Assembly: GCA_002269645.1 (NCBI GenBank)
Contig: NIVC01000020.1
Span: 744,001 to 808,000 of the forward strand
Length of the DNA: 64,000 nt
Direction: 5' to 3'
Source: Macrostomum lignano
Lineage: Eukaryota
Both the position numbers and the translations under genes were made by a program. Shown in pieces: positions 33,601 through 44,822 of this stretch. The notes under the pieces were generated by a model. It did not search any database. It worked only from the letters and a program-made list of their open reading frames with translations, and was not told where the DNA came from. Position 1 is the stretch's first letter, and every line of letters begins with the position of its first letter.

Positions 33601-34279
33601 AAACTGATGAGGCGGAAGCTGGCAGCTGGCTGCTCACGCGCCATGACCAGAAGCTAACAGCGTTGACTTGCTCTTGTAAAAGTACTTTTAAAATCGTGAA
33701 ACATAGTTGCTTACATTCTGATTTTTATAGTTTAACCGCAGCAATGCGCTGGAATACGTTGAGATAAGGCAGAGTTGGCAAGGGGGTCGCCCCCCTCCCC
33801 CCTCCCCCCTAAGTAGACTGGCGCCCCCTTGACAGCTGATTTGTTCCCAATTTTAGCAGTTTGCCTACAAGCTGCTGGCGAACCCTAAGATAGCCCTCCC
33901 GAGTTGGCGCCAAAAAATCCTGGCTGTGCCCCTGAGATAAGATAAGATCACATTATTGGGAAGCACTTTTAAAGGCGATAAGGATTGATATTCAATAGCA
34001 GATACGAATTATCGGGAGTCATCAGTTATCGGTGTTAATTAAGCTAATTGGCTGGGTGCGCACCCCCCCCCCCCGCAATCAGTGCCTTTGGGACAGAGTG
34101 CGAAGTTTATCTACGTTTCTGTTAACTGTTTGTTTGCTTTGGCTTTAATTATTTTTGCAATAAGTTTTCTCATAAAAATTTTCCAAACCAAGCGTCTACT
34201 ATGAGTAGAAATGCGAACATTTTAACGACTATAACAATTTCAGCAGAATGGCAGCAGCGACCCGTTCGGCGCGCTCTGA
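26802..34279 (+). CDS. PICALM: Phosphatidylinositol-binding clathrin assembly protein (PICALM/AP180/LAP; ANTH domain), about 664-667 aa
   Basis: Exons (+): 26802-26967, 28584-28894, 29244-30030, 30555-30638, 30746-30790, 30862-30936, [31073-31081 candidate], 31851-32215, 33435-33560, 34244-34279 (TGA). Motifs: [75 protein letters not shown]-terminal DPFGAL. Confidence 0.94.
27361..27932. mobile_element. MITE, about 570 bp, GG...CC ends, 8-bp TSD (Merlin- or MULE-like), PICALM intron 1
   Basis: TIR core GTCATTTCGTCTGCCGCCTTTTCGTCTGCCAA inverted at both ends; GTCTATAG at 27353-27360 and 27933-27940. Confidence 0.75.
30170..30540. repeat. 29-bp minisatellite (TGACCTCACTGGCCTGACCTCAGTAACCC)n
   Basis: PICALM intron 3. 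Confidence 0.95.
31073..31081 (+). other. Candidate 9-nt phase-1 microexon of PICALM (adds G-C-C)
   Basis: AAATTTCAG|GCTGCTGCG|GTAAGC: consensus acceptor and donor, frame-preserving between phase-1 exons. Confidence 0.5.
31530..31830. repeat. 22-bp minisatellite (GATCCCAAACTTGCATCCCGCA)n
   Basis: Abuts the PICALM acceptor at 31850. Confidence 0.92.
32460..33265. repeat. 21-bp minisatellite (AGGTCAGGTGTATTCCAGTTT)n with GACCAGTT variants
   Basis: Seen directly. Confidence 0.95.
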
Positions 34280-34884
34280 CGCCTTCGACTCCTCCGGCTT
34301 GACAAATCGCTGCAAATAAATGACAGATGGATGATGAACAGCTTGACTATTCCCACACTGCGACAGCATTGCACTTGCTTATTGTAGATGCCCTAGAATC
34401 TTACAAATATCTGAACTGCGCTCTCGTGTTTCTGTTGTGCGCGTCATCGATCTGCTTTCCGCTTAACCATCTACCAGCTTCCCCGATCCGCCATCAGCTG
34501 CCCCATCAGCCCCCTACGCCTCGCTGTCAAGTTTTATTGCGGCCCGCTGAGGCTCCTCATTCGCAGCCGCTCTGCCCGTCTGTCACAATGCGCTTCTTTA
34601 CACAGTGCGACACTCAATCGAAATTTCAATGCTCTTTCAGTCGGCCCCGGGCCCGCGGCAGCCCTCAGTTTTCTGATGACTCCCGCCCGCCTTTTTTGCT
34701 ATCAACAAATTGGATTTGCATGCCCGCAGCTGCGCTAAAAATTGAAAATCCCTTTTTTAAATTAAATTTTCTCCCATTGCGTTCTCTTTTCTCGTTTTCA
34801 ATCCCTTCTTTTGCCTGTTTTAGTATTTCTAACTGCGGCGGCGGCCGGCGGGCAGCACGGTGGCTCTTGGCGATTCCCCACCGA

Positions 34885-35225
34885 CGTCCCTCTGACATCC
34901 CTCCGACATTCTACCGACATCTCCGACATCCCTCCGACATCCTACCGACATCTCCGACATCCCTCCGACATCCTACCGACATCCCTCCGACATCTCCGAC
35001 ATCCCACCCGCAATCCCTCCCACATCCCTCCGACATCCCTCCGACATTCTACCGACATCTCCGACATCCCTCCGACATCCTACCGACATCTCCGACATCC
35101 CTCCGATATCCCTCCGACATCCTACCGACATCTCTCCGACATCCCACCCGCAATCCCTCCCACATCCCTCCGACATCCCTCCGACATCCTACCGACATCT
35201 CTCCGACATCCCACCGACATCCTAG
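34885..35225. repeat. Degenerate CCGACATCC(CT/TA) repeat
   Basis: Seen directly, 3' of PICALM. Confidence 0.85.
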
Positions 35226-35837
35226 CAATACTCCACCAACCGACATGCCATCGCTTGTCCGCGGCCGCCCGAGCCGCCCGAGCCGCCTAATCGCACTACA
35301 TTAATCCGCGCGGGTGCGGCCTCACCGACCTCGTGCACTTTTTCACTTAGCAGAAATTGAAATGAGAATTACACTTTTTGGACCGATCGAAGAGAGTATT
35401 TCGAAGCACCGAGGAATTTTTGCAATTCCAAAGTACATTTTGCTGCGCTGGCACATACTTTTTCTTCATTATACTGTGCTGTCCTGGGCTGAAAATTGCA
35501 GAAGTTATCCGTCATTGTCCAACTTATAGGTAGTAAATGATCAATAGAAGGAAAAGTTAAAATCCGATTCATTAGTTTTGTCTGTACGCACGTATAAGCC
35601 GCCATCATAGATAATAGAATAACTGATGTCATTCACAGTTAAAGTTGTGAAGAATATTGTAGTTTCTAATTTGTTTTTAGTAGTCTGCGTGCAGTGTCAC
35701 TTTAATTTAATTTGGCAGTTAAGATTTCCTTTCCTTCCTCAAGGTTTGTGGCCTTCAGGAGCATATGATATAGGCTAAGAATAAACAACTCGATGTACTA
35801 AAGTGAAAGCAAGACGGACGAAACTCAGGGGCAGGCC

Positions 35838-36075
35838 CTATCTGGCTCAGCCAATGACAGAGCTGTAAGGAAAGAGGTCGAAGACAGACGAAACGCAGCC
35901 TGGGGGGGGGGCTATCTGGCTCAGCCAATGACAGAGCTGTAAGGAAAGAGGTCGAAGACAGACAAAACGCAGCCTGGGGGGGTCTATCTGGCTCAGCCAA
36001 TGACAGAGCTGTAAGGAAAGAGGTCGAAGACAGACGAAACGCAGCCTGGGGGGGGCTATCTGGCTCAGCCAATGA
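35838..36075. repeat. ~73-bp tandem repeat, about 3.3 copies, containing CCAAT
   Basis: Unit TATCTGGCTCAGCCAATGACAGAGCTGTAAGGAAAGAGGTCGAAGACAGACGAAACGCAGCCTGGGGGG. Confidence 0.9.
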
Positions 36076-38550
36076 GAGCAGTGAGGAAAGGGGTCAAAGC
36101 CAGATACTAGCTGGCAATAGGAAAGTCAAACTGTTAACGGCCTGACTGGGGACTGAGACAACCCAACCCCTTTTCTCTCTTGCTCGCGTCGCAATGCACA
36201 CGCACTTTTGGGTTTTTCAAGCCATGCAAGAAAAGGCCAGAGGTGGTTGTTGCCAGTAGCAAATTCCGGAGAAAAAATTGCTTCTCCCCCAGAAATTCCA
36301 GGGAAAAAATCCTCTATACACCCCCGAAAAATCCTGGCTGCGCCTCTGGTTGCTGCAGTTTAAAAAACGTATAATTTGAATTTTATAACCATTTAGGCAA
36401 AAAATTATTTTGCTACTGAAAAAGGCCGCATTTTTTGAAAAAGACTGAAAAAGATCGCATTTTATCGAGTTTGCATCTACTTATGTGTGGTACCAGCTAT
36501 AAGCAGTTTTTGTTTTCCTTAGAAAGGAGAGCTCCTTCATACCGCCATTAATTAAGGCATCACTTCACAAGTGATGCGCAAGGCTTCAAAGTTTGCGTAA
36601 ATAATAATGACCACGCAAATTTTGGCGCAAATGATAATTTAGGAGCCAAATGTTCATGCAGTGGTCATTTGTTTTACATGAAAAATTCGTTAAGTGGTCA
36701 CTAAGCTTCACATCCCACCCCTAATTCCATGACTCGCTCAGCTTCACAGCTTCCCTCCTGACTTATTCAGCCTTGCAGCGTCCATGGTTGTGGACAGTAG
36801 CCGAGTCCTCTTTGCCATCTTCCATCTCTCATTCGCGCCACCCGAGGCACCACAGAAAAGCAAAAATGACGTCCCAAATCACGTGAACCGAATCACGTGA
36901 ATTTTCTCCACGTGTACCGCGGTGCCCCAGCTTGTTCTTCCCCGTGGCGTGCTGATTTTGCCTGTGCCAGACAGATATTGTCTTTGACTGTGTCTTTGAG
37001 CTGCTCCAGTCCGACACGCCAATTAGAAAGTCGCTACGAGTTCGAGCGGCTCAAAGTCTGTCTGCGGCAGCTGCTCCCCGAAATTCGAATAGTGGGACGC
37101 GAGTAATTAAACAGATGCGCGCAGTCGCTGCCTCGCGTGCCCGCCAGCAGCTGCCGCGAGTGGCCGACAGGCCGGCAGCCCCGCGCTAATTTGATTTCGA
37201 GTGCGCGTCTGCAAAACACGCCGGCTCGACCCTGACACCTGCCCGCCTGCCAGCGAGGGGGGAGGCTTAATGAGGCTCCGCGAATGCGACCGCGTCTGCC
37301 GGCCTCACATATCTGGGCCAATTTACGGACTGAGGCGGAGTCGCTGATATTTGCGCCTGCAACAATTCCTGCTGTCTTCAAAACCGACTTTTACGTGACC
37401 AAATATGACAGCTGCTGGTGCTCATCAAGCCTTCTGCATGTGTCCTGGATAATCTCTACACTTGTCCACCGTCATCTCTGCATGAATGTACATCCACTCT
37501 GCATTCTTAATGTGTCTAACCACGGTTTATAAATGTCTGCATGTGATGCAAGGATATCTCGTGTTCACGATGATGCGTCCACACAATGATTGTTTATGTC
37601 CACGAGATGCTTTCCAATTCTAACCTCTACTATAGCTTCTACACACGCGCCAGCAATGTCGGCTGTGTGCTCATGAAAATGTCCAGGGCCTTTGCAGCAG
37701 GTGTCCGCAATAAGAATTGATTGTCAAACGATTCCCAGTCATCTTTGTCGCATAAACCACGCCTCCGCGCTTCACTGCAGCGGCTGCTGAGCCGGATTTC
37801 TACACAGATGAACCGAAATGCGCGGGCTGTGACGGATCGCGGGATCAACGCGGCTCAGTCATGCCGGGATGGGGGGCGGCGCCTGCGCGGATTAAAACGA
37901 AAGCCAGCCTACGGAACCGAGCTACCGGATGGGGAAGTCGCTGGCCGATGAGCTCCCTGATTTATCTGCCGCAGCTGCCCCCCCCCCCTGTCCGGGACGC
38001 CCAAGGCTTGGCAAAGAGTTTCTTCGGCCGCAGGAATTGCAGGAAGTTCGGGCAAAAGGACCGGAAGCCGCTGCGCTGAAGCATTCATTCAGGCCGGCTG
38101 GGGAGCCCCCAAGATGGAGAGCATCGAAGGGTCCCAGAGGGTCTCTTTGAATCGCTGAGAGAAGAGCGACATCATACAAATTTTAAATTTTTAATAGACA
38201 GCAGGTTGCATCAGAAGCCAGTGAAGCATAATGATTTATAATCAGCTGCTGTGCAATTATTGAGACGCTGGAGACGCTGGGCACGAAGGCGAGCGCCAGC
38301 CTTTTCGCTTCCTCCAATCCGACGCTGCCGCGGCGCCATTGGGCGGGGCTGCTGCAGTAAAAGCTGCCGCCCGCGGCTGCCGAGCCGGCGCGCACTGGCG
38401 GGGAGCGAGGCCTGAATTCTCCCTGAGCTCGAGATTTGAATCACCTTAGCTGAGGACTTCGCATACGGTTAGTCTGACTCGCTCGTTTTCACTTCCATTG
38501 AGTTCAAATAGAATAGAATAGTATTAGTAATAAATCATGTTCACTGCACT

Positions 38551-38750
38551 TCCCTTCATTCACAGCGCCTCCCTTCATTCACAGCGCCTCTCTTCATTCA
38601 CAGCGCCTCCCTTCATTCACAGCGCCTCCCTTCATTCACAGCGCCTCCCTTCATTCACAGCACCTCCCTTCATTCACAGCGCCTCCCTTCATTCACAGCG
38701 CCTCCCTTCATTCACAGCAACTCCCTTCATTCACAGCCCCTCCTTTCATT
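38551..38750. repeat. 19-bp minisatellite (CTTCATTCACAGCGCCTCC)n, short copy, about 10 units
   Basis: Same unit as 44823-47455. Confidence 0.92.
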
Positions 38751-39063
38751 CAAATTTGCACGACTTGCGAGTGTAGCAGATAAATAAAGGAGGAATGAAA
38801 GCTCACAGGCTGCTCTAAAGGACTGGCAGGCACCGCATCGTGTCGGATTGAATGTACACTTGGCTGCACTGTCTATGGCCGGAGTCGCAAGCAGAGGTTT
38901 AACAGAGCATTGGCTATTGCACTCTCTATGGCACTTGGCGAAACTCAATCCTAGCAAGGAATTCCTAATTCCTTCCTGCTTCCGACTTTGTTAACCCCCT
39001 GACTCTCATCTTCTCAATCCTCTCCGCTCTCCGGCAGAGCTGCTCGAATACAAAAGCAGGGCG

Positions 39064-42000
39064 ATGAAGCTGCAGTTGCCACTGCTTCTCCTGCCGCTGC
39101 TTCTGCCGCTGTCGGCCGCCACCGCCGCCGCAACCGCCGCCGCCGCTGCCGATTCGAAGGTCGCGACTGCCGACGCGCTGCAGGCGACGCTGGACGCTCT
39201 GACGGCCGCGGTTGATTTTGTCAGCAACAACATTGACAGCGTCAACTTGGACGGCGCCATCGGCCTGCGGATGGCCGAGGGTACGCTGGGGCTTCTGGAT
39301 GTCACACGAAGCTGTCACTCTGGATGTCACACTAACCTGTCCCTCTGAATGTCACAAACTTGTCACTCTGGATGTCACAAACCTGTCACTCTAGATATCA
39401 CAAACCTGTCACTCTGGATGTCACACTAACCTATCACTCTAAATGTCACATTAACCTATCCCTCCGAATGTCACACACTAACCTGGCACTCTGGATGTCA
39501 CACTAACCTGTCACTCTGAATGTCACACACTAACCTGTCACTCTGGATGTCACACTAACCTGTAACTCTGGATGTCACACTAACCTGTCACTCTGGATGT
39601 CACACAAACCTGTCACTCTGGATGTCACACTAACCTGTCACTCCGGCTGTCGGTGAACACAAAACACCCCTGATTATTATAAAAGATTTTTGAAGTGATC
39701 AGAGAAGAGCCGCTCGAACCCGCAGGCCAAACGAAGGCGCTGCTCGCCCACTACTGGAGCCGCCTGCCTCAGGGCGCGGTCGCCCGCCTCGCTGAGCTGC
39801 ACAGCCGGGCCGGCCGAGCCGCCAACCGGGCCGTCCAGTCGGTGCGCAGGCGGACGCCGGTGTACTACGCCAGTGAGTGACAGCCGCGCCCGTAGCAACA
39901 GAAGCCGCCCCATTCCGACCAGGGCAGCCCTGGGTCTGAGCCGCTGTGAATCTGAGATGCGTACTCGCTTGTTGGCTGCAACAAGTCGGCTTCTCCCATC
40001 GCATCCATTATCTCTAATCCTCTTGTGATTCTTTAATCCCTTCGTTTCGCATGCAGACGCTGGCAACATGATCCGAGAGCACTTCTGGGACACCTTCTAC
40101 CCCGCCCGGCCGCTGCCTCCCGCCGCCGTGCGCGCCGCCGACAAGGACAAGGACTTTGATGAGAAATTCAGCGATGACTGCATCAAAGAGTTTTATGGGC
40201 CCGACGGGTGAGTGACGACTCGCTGCTTCTTGTCCCTTCAGAGGTTTCTGTGTTCCTCTTGGGTCTCGTGAGGGTTTGGCGGGCGTGTGCTTTTATTCCA
40301 TGTTGTAATCGTTCCTGATTTTAACTCCATGCGTGTGCTCATTGTCCAGTGCTCACGCTCTTTGGACGTCTCTCTGCTCTACCGTAACTTAAATTAATGT
40401 ACGAGTACTTGGTTGGTGTTTTTAGCCCTTGGGTTGGGGTTGCTGCGATTGAACCTCGTTTATGCGAGTAATAAATCGTTTCGTTGTTTGTCAGTGCCAC
40501 TCAGCACTTTTGTCTCGCCTCGCATACTCTCTGCTCTTGACTTGCTCCTTTAACAGTTCCCTTCCCTGAGCTGTCTGTGTTCCCTTCCCTGAGCTGTCTG
40601 CGTTTTCTTTTCCCTGAGCTGTCTGTGTTCCCTTCCCTGAGCTGTCTGCGTTTTCTTTTCCCTGAGCTGTCTGTGTTCCCTTTCCTGAGCTGTCTGTGTT
40701 TTCTTTTCCCTGAGCTATCTGTATTCCCTTGCCTGAGCTGTCTGTGTTTTCTTTTCCCTGAGCTGTCTGTGTTTTCTTTTCCCTGAGCTGTCTGTATTCC
40801 CTTCCCTGAGCTGTCTGTATTCCCTTCCCTGAGCTGTCTGTATTCCCTTCCCTGAGCTGTCTGTATTCCCTTCCCTGAGCTGTCTGTATTCCCTTCCCTG
40901 AGCTGTCTGTATTCCCTTCCCTGCGCTGTCTGTATTCCCTTCCCTGAGCTGTCTGTATTCCCTTCCCTGCGCTGTCTGTATTCCCTTCCCTGAGCTGTCT
41001 GTATTCCCTTCCCTGAGCTGTCTGTATTCCCTTCCCTGAGCTGTCGTAAGGGTTTCTTTCCCTCTATCATCTACCATGCCCGCCACCATCAGCTGCCCGC
41101 CACCATCAGCTGCCCGCCACCATCAGCTGCCCGCCACCATCAGCTGCCCGCCACCATCAGCTGCCCGCCACCATCAGCTGCCCGCCACCATCAGCTGCCC
41201 GCCACCATCAGCTGCCCGCCACCATCAGCTGCCCCACTCCACCCCACCGCGCCTCTTCAGGAAGTCGCCAGGCTGCTCGGTCTCAGAGCGCTGCTGGCGA
41301 GGCCTGGTGCTGCCCACAGGACTCACGGGCTACTCGCTGACTCACCAGCTGTTCTACCTCATGAACGGCGTCCAGGTGAGGCGTTATACCTGTTGCTCAA
41401 TCATAGCGAAATTTTGATGAAAGTTCCTTAGCTAACAAAACACTTCATGCCGAGGCAAAGCTGCCCCTCTGTTCGGAGAAGGTTTCTTCTTGCAGCTCGA
41501 GTCCACTGCACCGTCCCGCAGGCCGGCTGCCTGTCCAACCTGACCGCCCAGGCTCGTGCCCACCCTCCCGCCGGCACCGACGGCAGTCTGGCCGGCGTCT
41601 TCGACAACTTCTGCGCAAGGATCTTCGTTGAGGCCAGCAAGCTAGAGACGGCCGGCTTCCCCAAGCCGGACAGGGACCTCTTCATGGAGCAGGGTGAGCG
41701 GGGTCAATGACCTCTTCATGGAGCAGGGTGAGCGGGGTCAATGACCTCTTCATGGAGCAGGGTGAGCGGGGTCAACGACTTCTTCATGGAGCAGGGTGAG
41801 CGGGGACAATGACCTCTTCATGGAGCAGGGTGAGCGGGGACAATGACCTCTTCATGGAGCAGGGTGAGCGGGGACAATGACTTCTTCATGGAGCAGGGTG
41901 AGCGGGGACAATGACCTCTTCATGGAGCAGGGTGAGCGGAGTCAATGACTTCTTCATGGAGCAGGGTGAGGGGGACAATGACCTCTTCATGGAGCAGGGT

Positions 42001-42817
42001 GAGCGGAGTCAATGACTTCTTCATGGAGCAGGGTGAGCGGAGTCAATGACTTCTTCATGGAGCAGGGTGAGCGGGGACAATGACCTCTTCATGGAGCAGG
42101 GTGAGCGGGGACAATGACCTCTTCATGGAGCAGGGTGAGCGGAGTCAATGACTTCTTCATGGAGCAGGGTGAGCGGGGTCAATGACTTCTTCATGGAGCA
42201 GGGTGAGCGGAGTCAATGACTTCTTCATGGAGCAGGGTGAGCGGGGACAATGACCTCTTCATGGAGCAGGGTGAGCGGAGTCAATGACCTCTTCATGGAG
42301 CAGGGTGAGGGGGACAATGACCTCTTCATGGAGCAGGGTGAGCGGAGTCAATGACTTCTTCATGGAGCAGGGTGAGCGGAGTCAATGACTTCTTCATGGA
42401 GCAGGGTGAGCGGGGACAATGACCTCTTCATGGAGCAGGGTGAGCGGGGACAATGACCTCTTCATGGAGCAGGATGAGCAGGGACAATGATCGTAATTCA
42501 TCCATCTGAAGCTGAACATGCTGCACCCCGCCCCCCCAGTGGGTCTCTGTGGCCTGGCGGGCTACCCGGAATTCGCCCGATGGCGCTGGCTGCCGGTGCT
42601 GCTGAGCTGGCAGCGGGCCAACGGCTGCTTTGGCGAGTTCCCCGGCGAGCTCATCAATCCTTCGAACTTCGATCCCGGTCTCTATGGCAACTACAAGCGC
42701 AGGAGGAAGCGCGCCGAGATGCGGATGCCGGAGGGCTGCCTGTCGCACCGGACCTCGGTGGCCATAGCCGGGCTGACGGCCTACTGCAGGCGGCTCGTGG
42801 AGACGCTCGCCAATTGA
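39064..42817 (+). CDS. C16orf89: UPF0764/C16orf89-like (DUF4735) secreted protein, 359 aa, 6 exons
   Basis: Exons (+): 39064-39280, 39726-39872, 40057-40207, 41261-41375, 41522-41693, 42540-42817; phases 1,1,2,0,1. Hydrophobic signal peptide; NLDGAIGLRMAEGQ, SDDCI, GYSLTHQLFY, RDLFMEQVGLCG, SWQ..GCFGE, GCLSHRTSVA. AATAAA at 42850-42855. Confidence 0.85.
39293..39645. repeat. 25-bp minisatellite (CTGTCACTCTGGATGTCACACTAAC)n, C16orf89 intron 1
   Basis: About 14 units; related array at 49567-49736. Confidence 0.9.
40555..41045. repeat. 23-bp minisatellite (TTCCCTGAGCTGTCTGTATTCCC)n
   Basis: C16orf89 intron 3. Confidence 0.92.
41077..41234. repeat. 17-bp minisatellite (TGCCCGCCACCATCAGC)n
   Basis: About 9 units, next to the acceptor at 41260. 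Confidence 0.92.
41675..42490 (+). repeat. 34-bp exon-end plus donor-site tandem array, about 24 copies
   Basis: Unit GACCTCTTCATGGAGCAGG|GTGAGCGGGG(T/A)CAAT; the first copy is the end of C16orf89 exon 5. Confidence 0.95.
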
Positions 42818-43120
42818 GGAACCCTCCGTGTGCTCGCAGAGAGAGTGAAAATAAATTTGGAATTTCGGCAATGAAAAAATCCCACCCACAGCCATCTCTG
42901 TGACCTGGGGATGCAGCTATTTTTCTGAGCTTCATCAAAAGCAACATTTTCTTTGCTGGCTTGCGGAAGCTTCTTATTTGGGTTCAGTTGAGCCCGGGTT
43001 TGCCCCAGTGATAGTCTCAGCTCTGATAGGACAGGCAGGCAGAAGAAATGAATGAAGAAGAACCCGGCAGCCAATCAGAAGGCGAGGAGGGAGAGGCTTT
43101 AAGGAATGAAAAAATACGTT

Positions 43121-43170
43121 GGAGTCCACGAGGAAGCCTGGCCGTAGCGGGTAGGGAAGTTGCCCAGCAT
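43121..43170 (-). pseudogene. MOB2 exon-2 remnant
   Basis: 46 of 49 positions match 50661-50709 (encodes MLGNFPTRYGQA, then a 1-nt deletion frameshift). The acceptor-side sequence is deleted. Confidence 0.85.
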
Positions 43171-43177
43171 GTGAGCG

Positions 43178-43402
43178 CACCCACCCCACCAATTATTTCC
43201 GCTGGGGATCTTAGTGTAAAGTGGCGCATCCACCCAACCAATTATTTCCGCTGGGGATCCCAGTGTACAGTGGCGCATCCACCCCACCAATTATCTCCGC
43301 TGGGGATCCCAGTGTACAGTGGCGCATCCACCCCACCAATTATCTCCGCTGGGGATCCCAGTGTACAGTGGCGCATCCACCCCACCAATTATCTCCGCTG
43401 GG
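43178..43402. repeat. ~49-bp minisatellite (CCACCAATTATCTCCGCTGGGGATCCCAGTGTACAGTGGCGCATCCACC), 4-5 units
   Basis: Paralogous to 50835-51316. Confidence 0.9.
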
Positions 43403-43849
43403 GATTCAAGTGCTGATTCAAATCGTTGATTTATCAACTGACTTCAACAAAGCATTCGCCTTCAGTCCATTAAAACAATTGAGAAGAATTTACAGCCCAC
43501 TGACTCGAGCATTTGCCCTCACTGCGACACGCACCGACTGACTTCTTTTCAGCTGAAAGCATTAATCGGCAGTCACGGTCTGAGCGATTTTAAAAAGCAT
43601 TGAAAACAATCGGAGAAAGCATTAGCCCGGAGCTCGAAGGTAAAAAACCAGACCTAGCGCTAATTGCAATACCTGCCTGCCAATCGCCTGAGCCACTCAG
43701 CTCGATTGGAAATGATTGCAAGCAGAATTTTCCCCCACTCAACCGGTAAGAGAGAGGCGCCTTGTCTAGACTGCTCAGACTAAAATCTGCCGAGTTAACC
43801 TAAGCCGTAAATGAAGCATAGTCTCGAGATGGTCTCGCTTTTGATTCAT

Positions 43850-44606
43850 GAGTCCGAGCTGCCCCCTCACTGAGTCCCCAGACTGAGCTGCCCCCCCTCA
43901 ATGAGTCCTCAGACTGAGAGCTGCCCCCCCTCAATGAGTCCTCAGACTGAGCTGCCCCTCCCCTCAATGAGTCCTCAGACTGAGCTGCCCCTCCCCTCAA
44001 TGAGTCCTCAGACTGAGCTGCCCCTTAATGAGTCCTCAGACTGAGAGCTGCCCCTTAATGAGTCCTCAGACTGAGAGCTGCCCCCTCAATGAGTCCCCCC
44101 CCCTCATGAGTCCTCAGACTGAGAGCTGCCCCCTCAATGAGTCCTCAGACTGAGCTGCCCCCTCACTGAGTCCTCAGACTGAGCTGCCCCCTCATGAGTC
44201 CTCAGACTGAGCTGCCCCCTCATGAGTCCTCAGACTGAGCTGCCCCCTGATGAGTCCTCAGACTGAGCTGCCCCCTCATGAGTCCTCAGACTGAGCTGCC
44301 CCCTCATGAGTCCTCAGACTGAGCTGCCCCCTGATGAGTCCTCAGACTAAGCTGCCCCCTCATGAGTCCTCAGACTGAGCTGCCCCCTCACTGAGTCCTC
44401 AGACTGAGCTGCCCCCTGATGAGTCCTCAGACTGAGCTGCCCCCTCACTGAGTCCTCAGACTGAGCTGCCCCCTCATGAGTCCTCAGACTGAGCTGCCCC
44501 CTGATGAGTCCTCAGACTGAGCTGCCCCCTCATGAGTCCTCAGACTGAGCTGCCCCCTCATGAGTCCTCAGACTGAGCTGCCCCCCTCAATGAGTCCTCA
44601 GACTGA
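43850..44606. repeat. ~28-bp minisatellite (GAGTCCTCAGACTGAGCTGCCCCCTCAT)n
   Basis: About 27 units; degenerate 2-3-unit relative at 51407-51505. Confidence 0.93.
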
Positions 44607-44822
44607 TTCACTTTGCTTCACACCCCTTCACGCGCTGGTGGGGAGCGGGTCCTGAATTCCCCCTTAATCTCGAGACCGCCTTGGCTGGGGACTTCGCATA
44701 AGATTAGTCTGACTCGCTCGTTTTCTCCAATGGGTTCAAATAGCTTAGTTAAGGACTCATTGAGCGCGGCAGATAGGTGTGAGTATTAGTTATAAGATAA
44801 ATAATCATGTTTACTTGCGCTC

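Noticed and set aside
33776-36350. hAT-like right ends (AAAATCCTGGCTG.GCC.CTG near 33920 and 36330)
   Set aside because: No matching left TIR or TSD found, so no element can be delimited.
36800-38450. GC-rich stretch with several 70-115 aa ORFs, as a possible extra gene
   Set aside because: No conserved motif or coherent exon chain could be built. The resemblance of 37640-37850 to 48806-48994 is too weak to call by eye.
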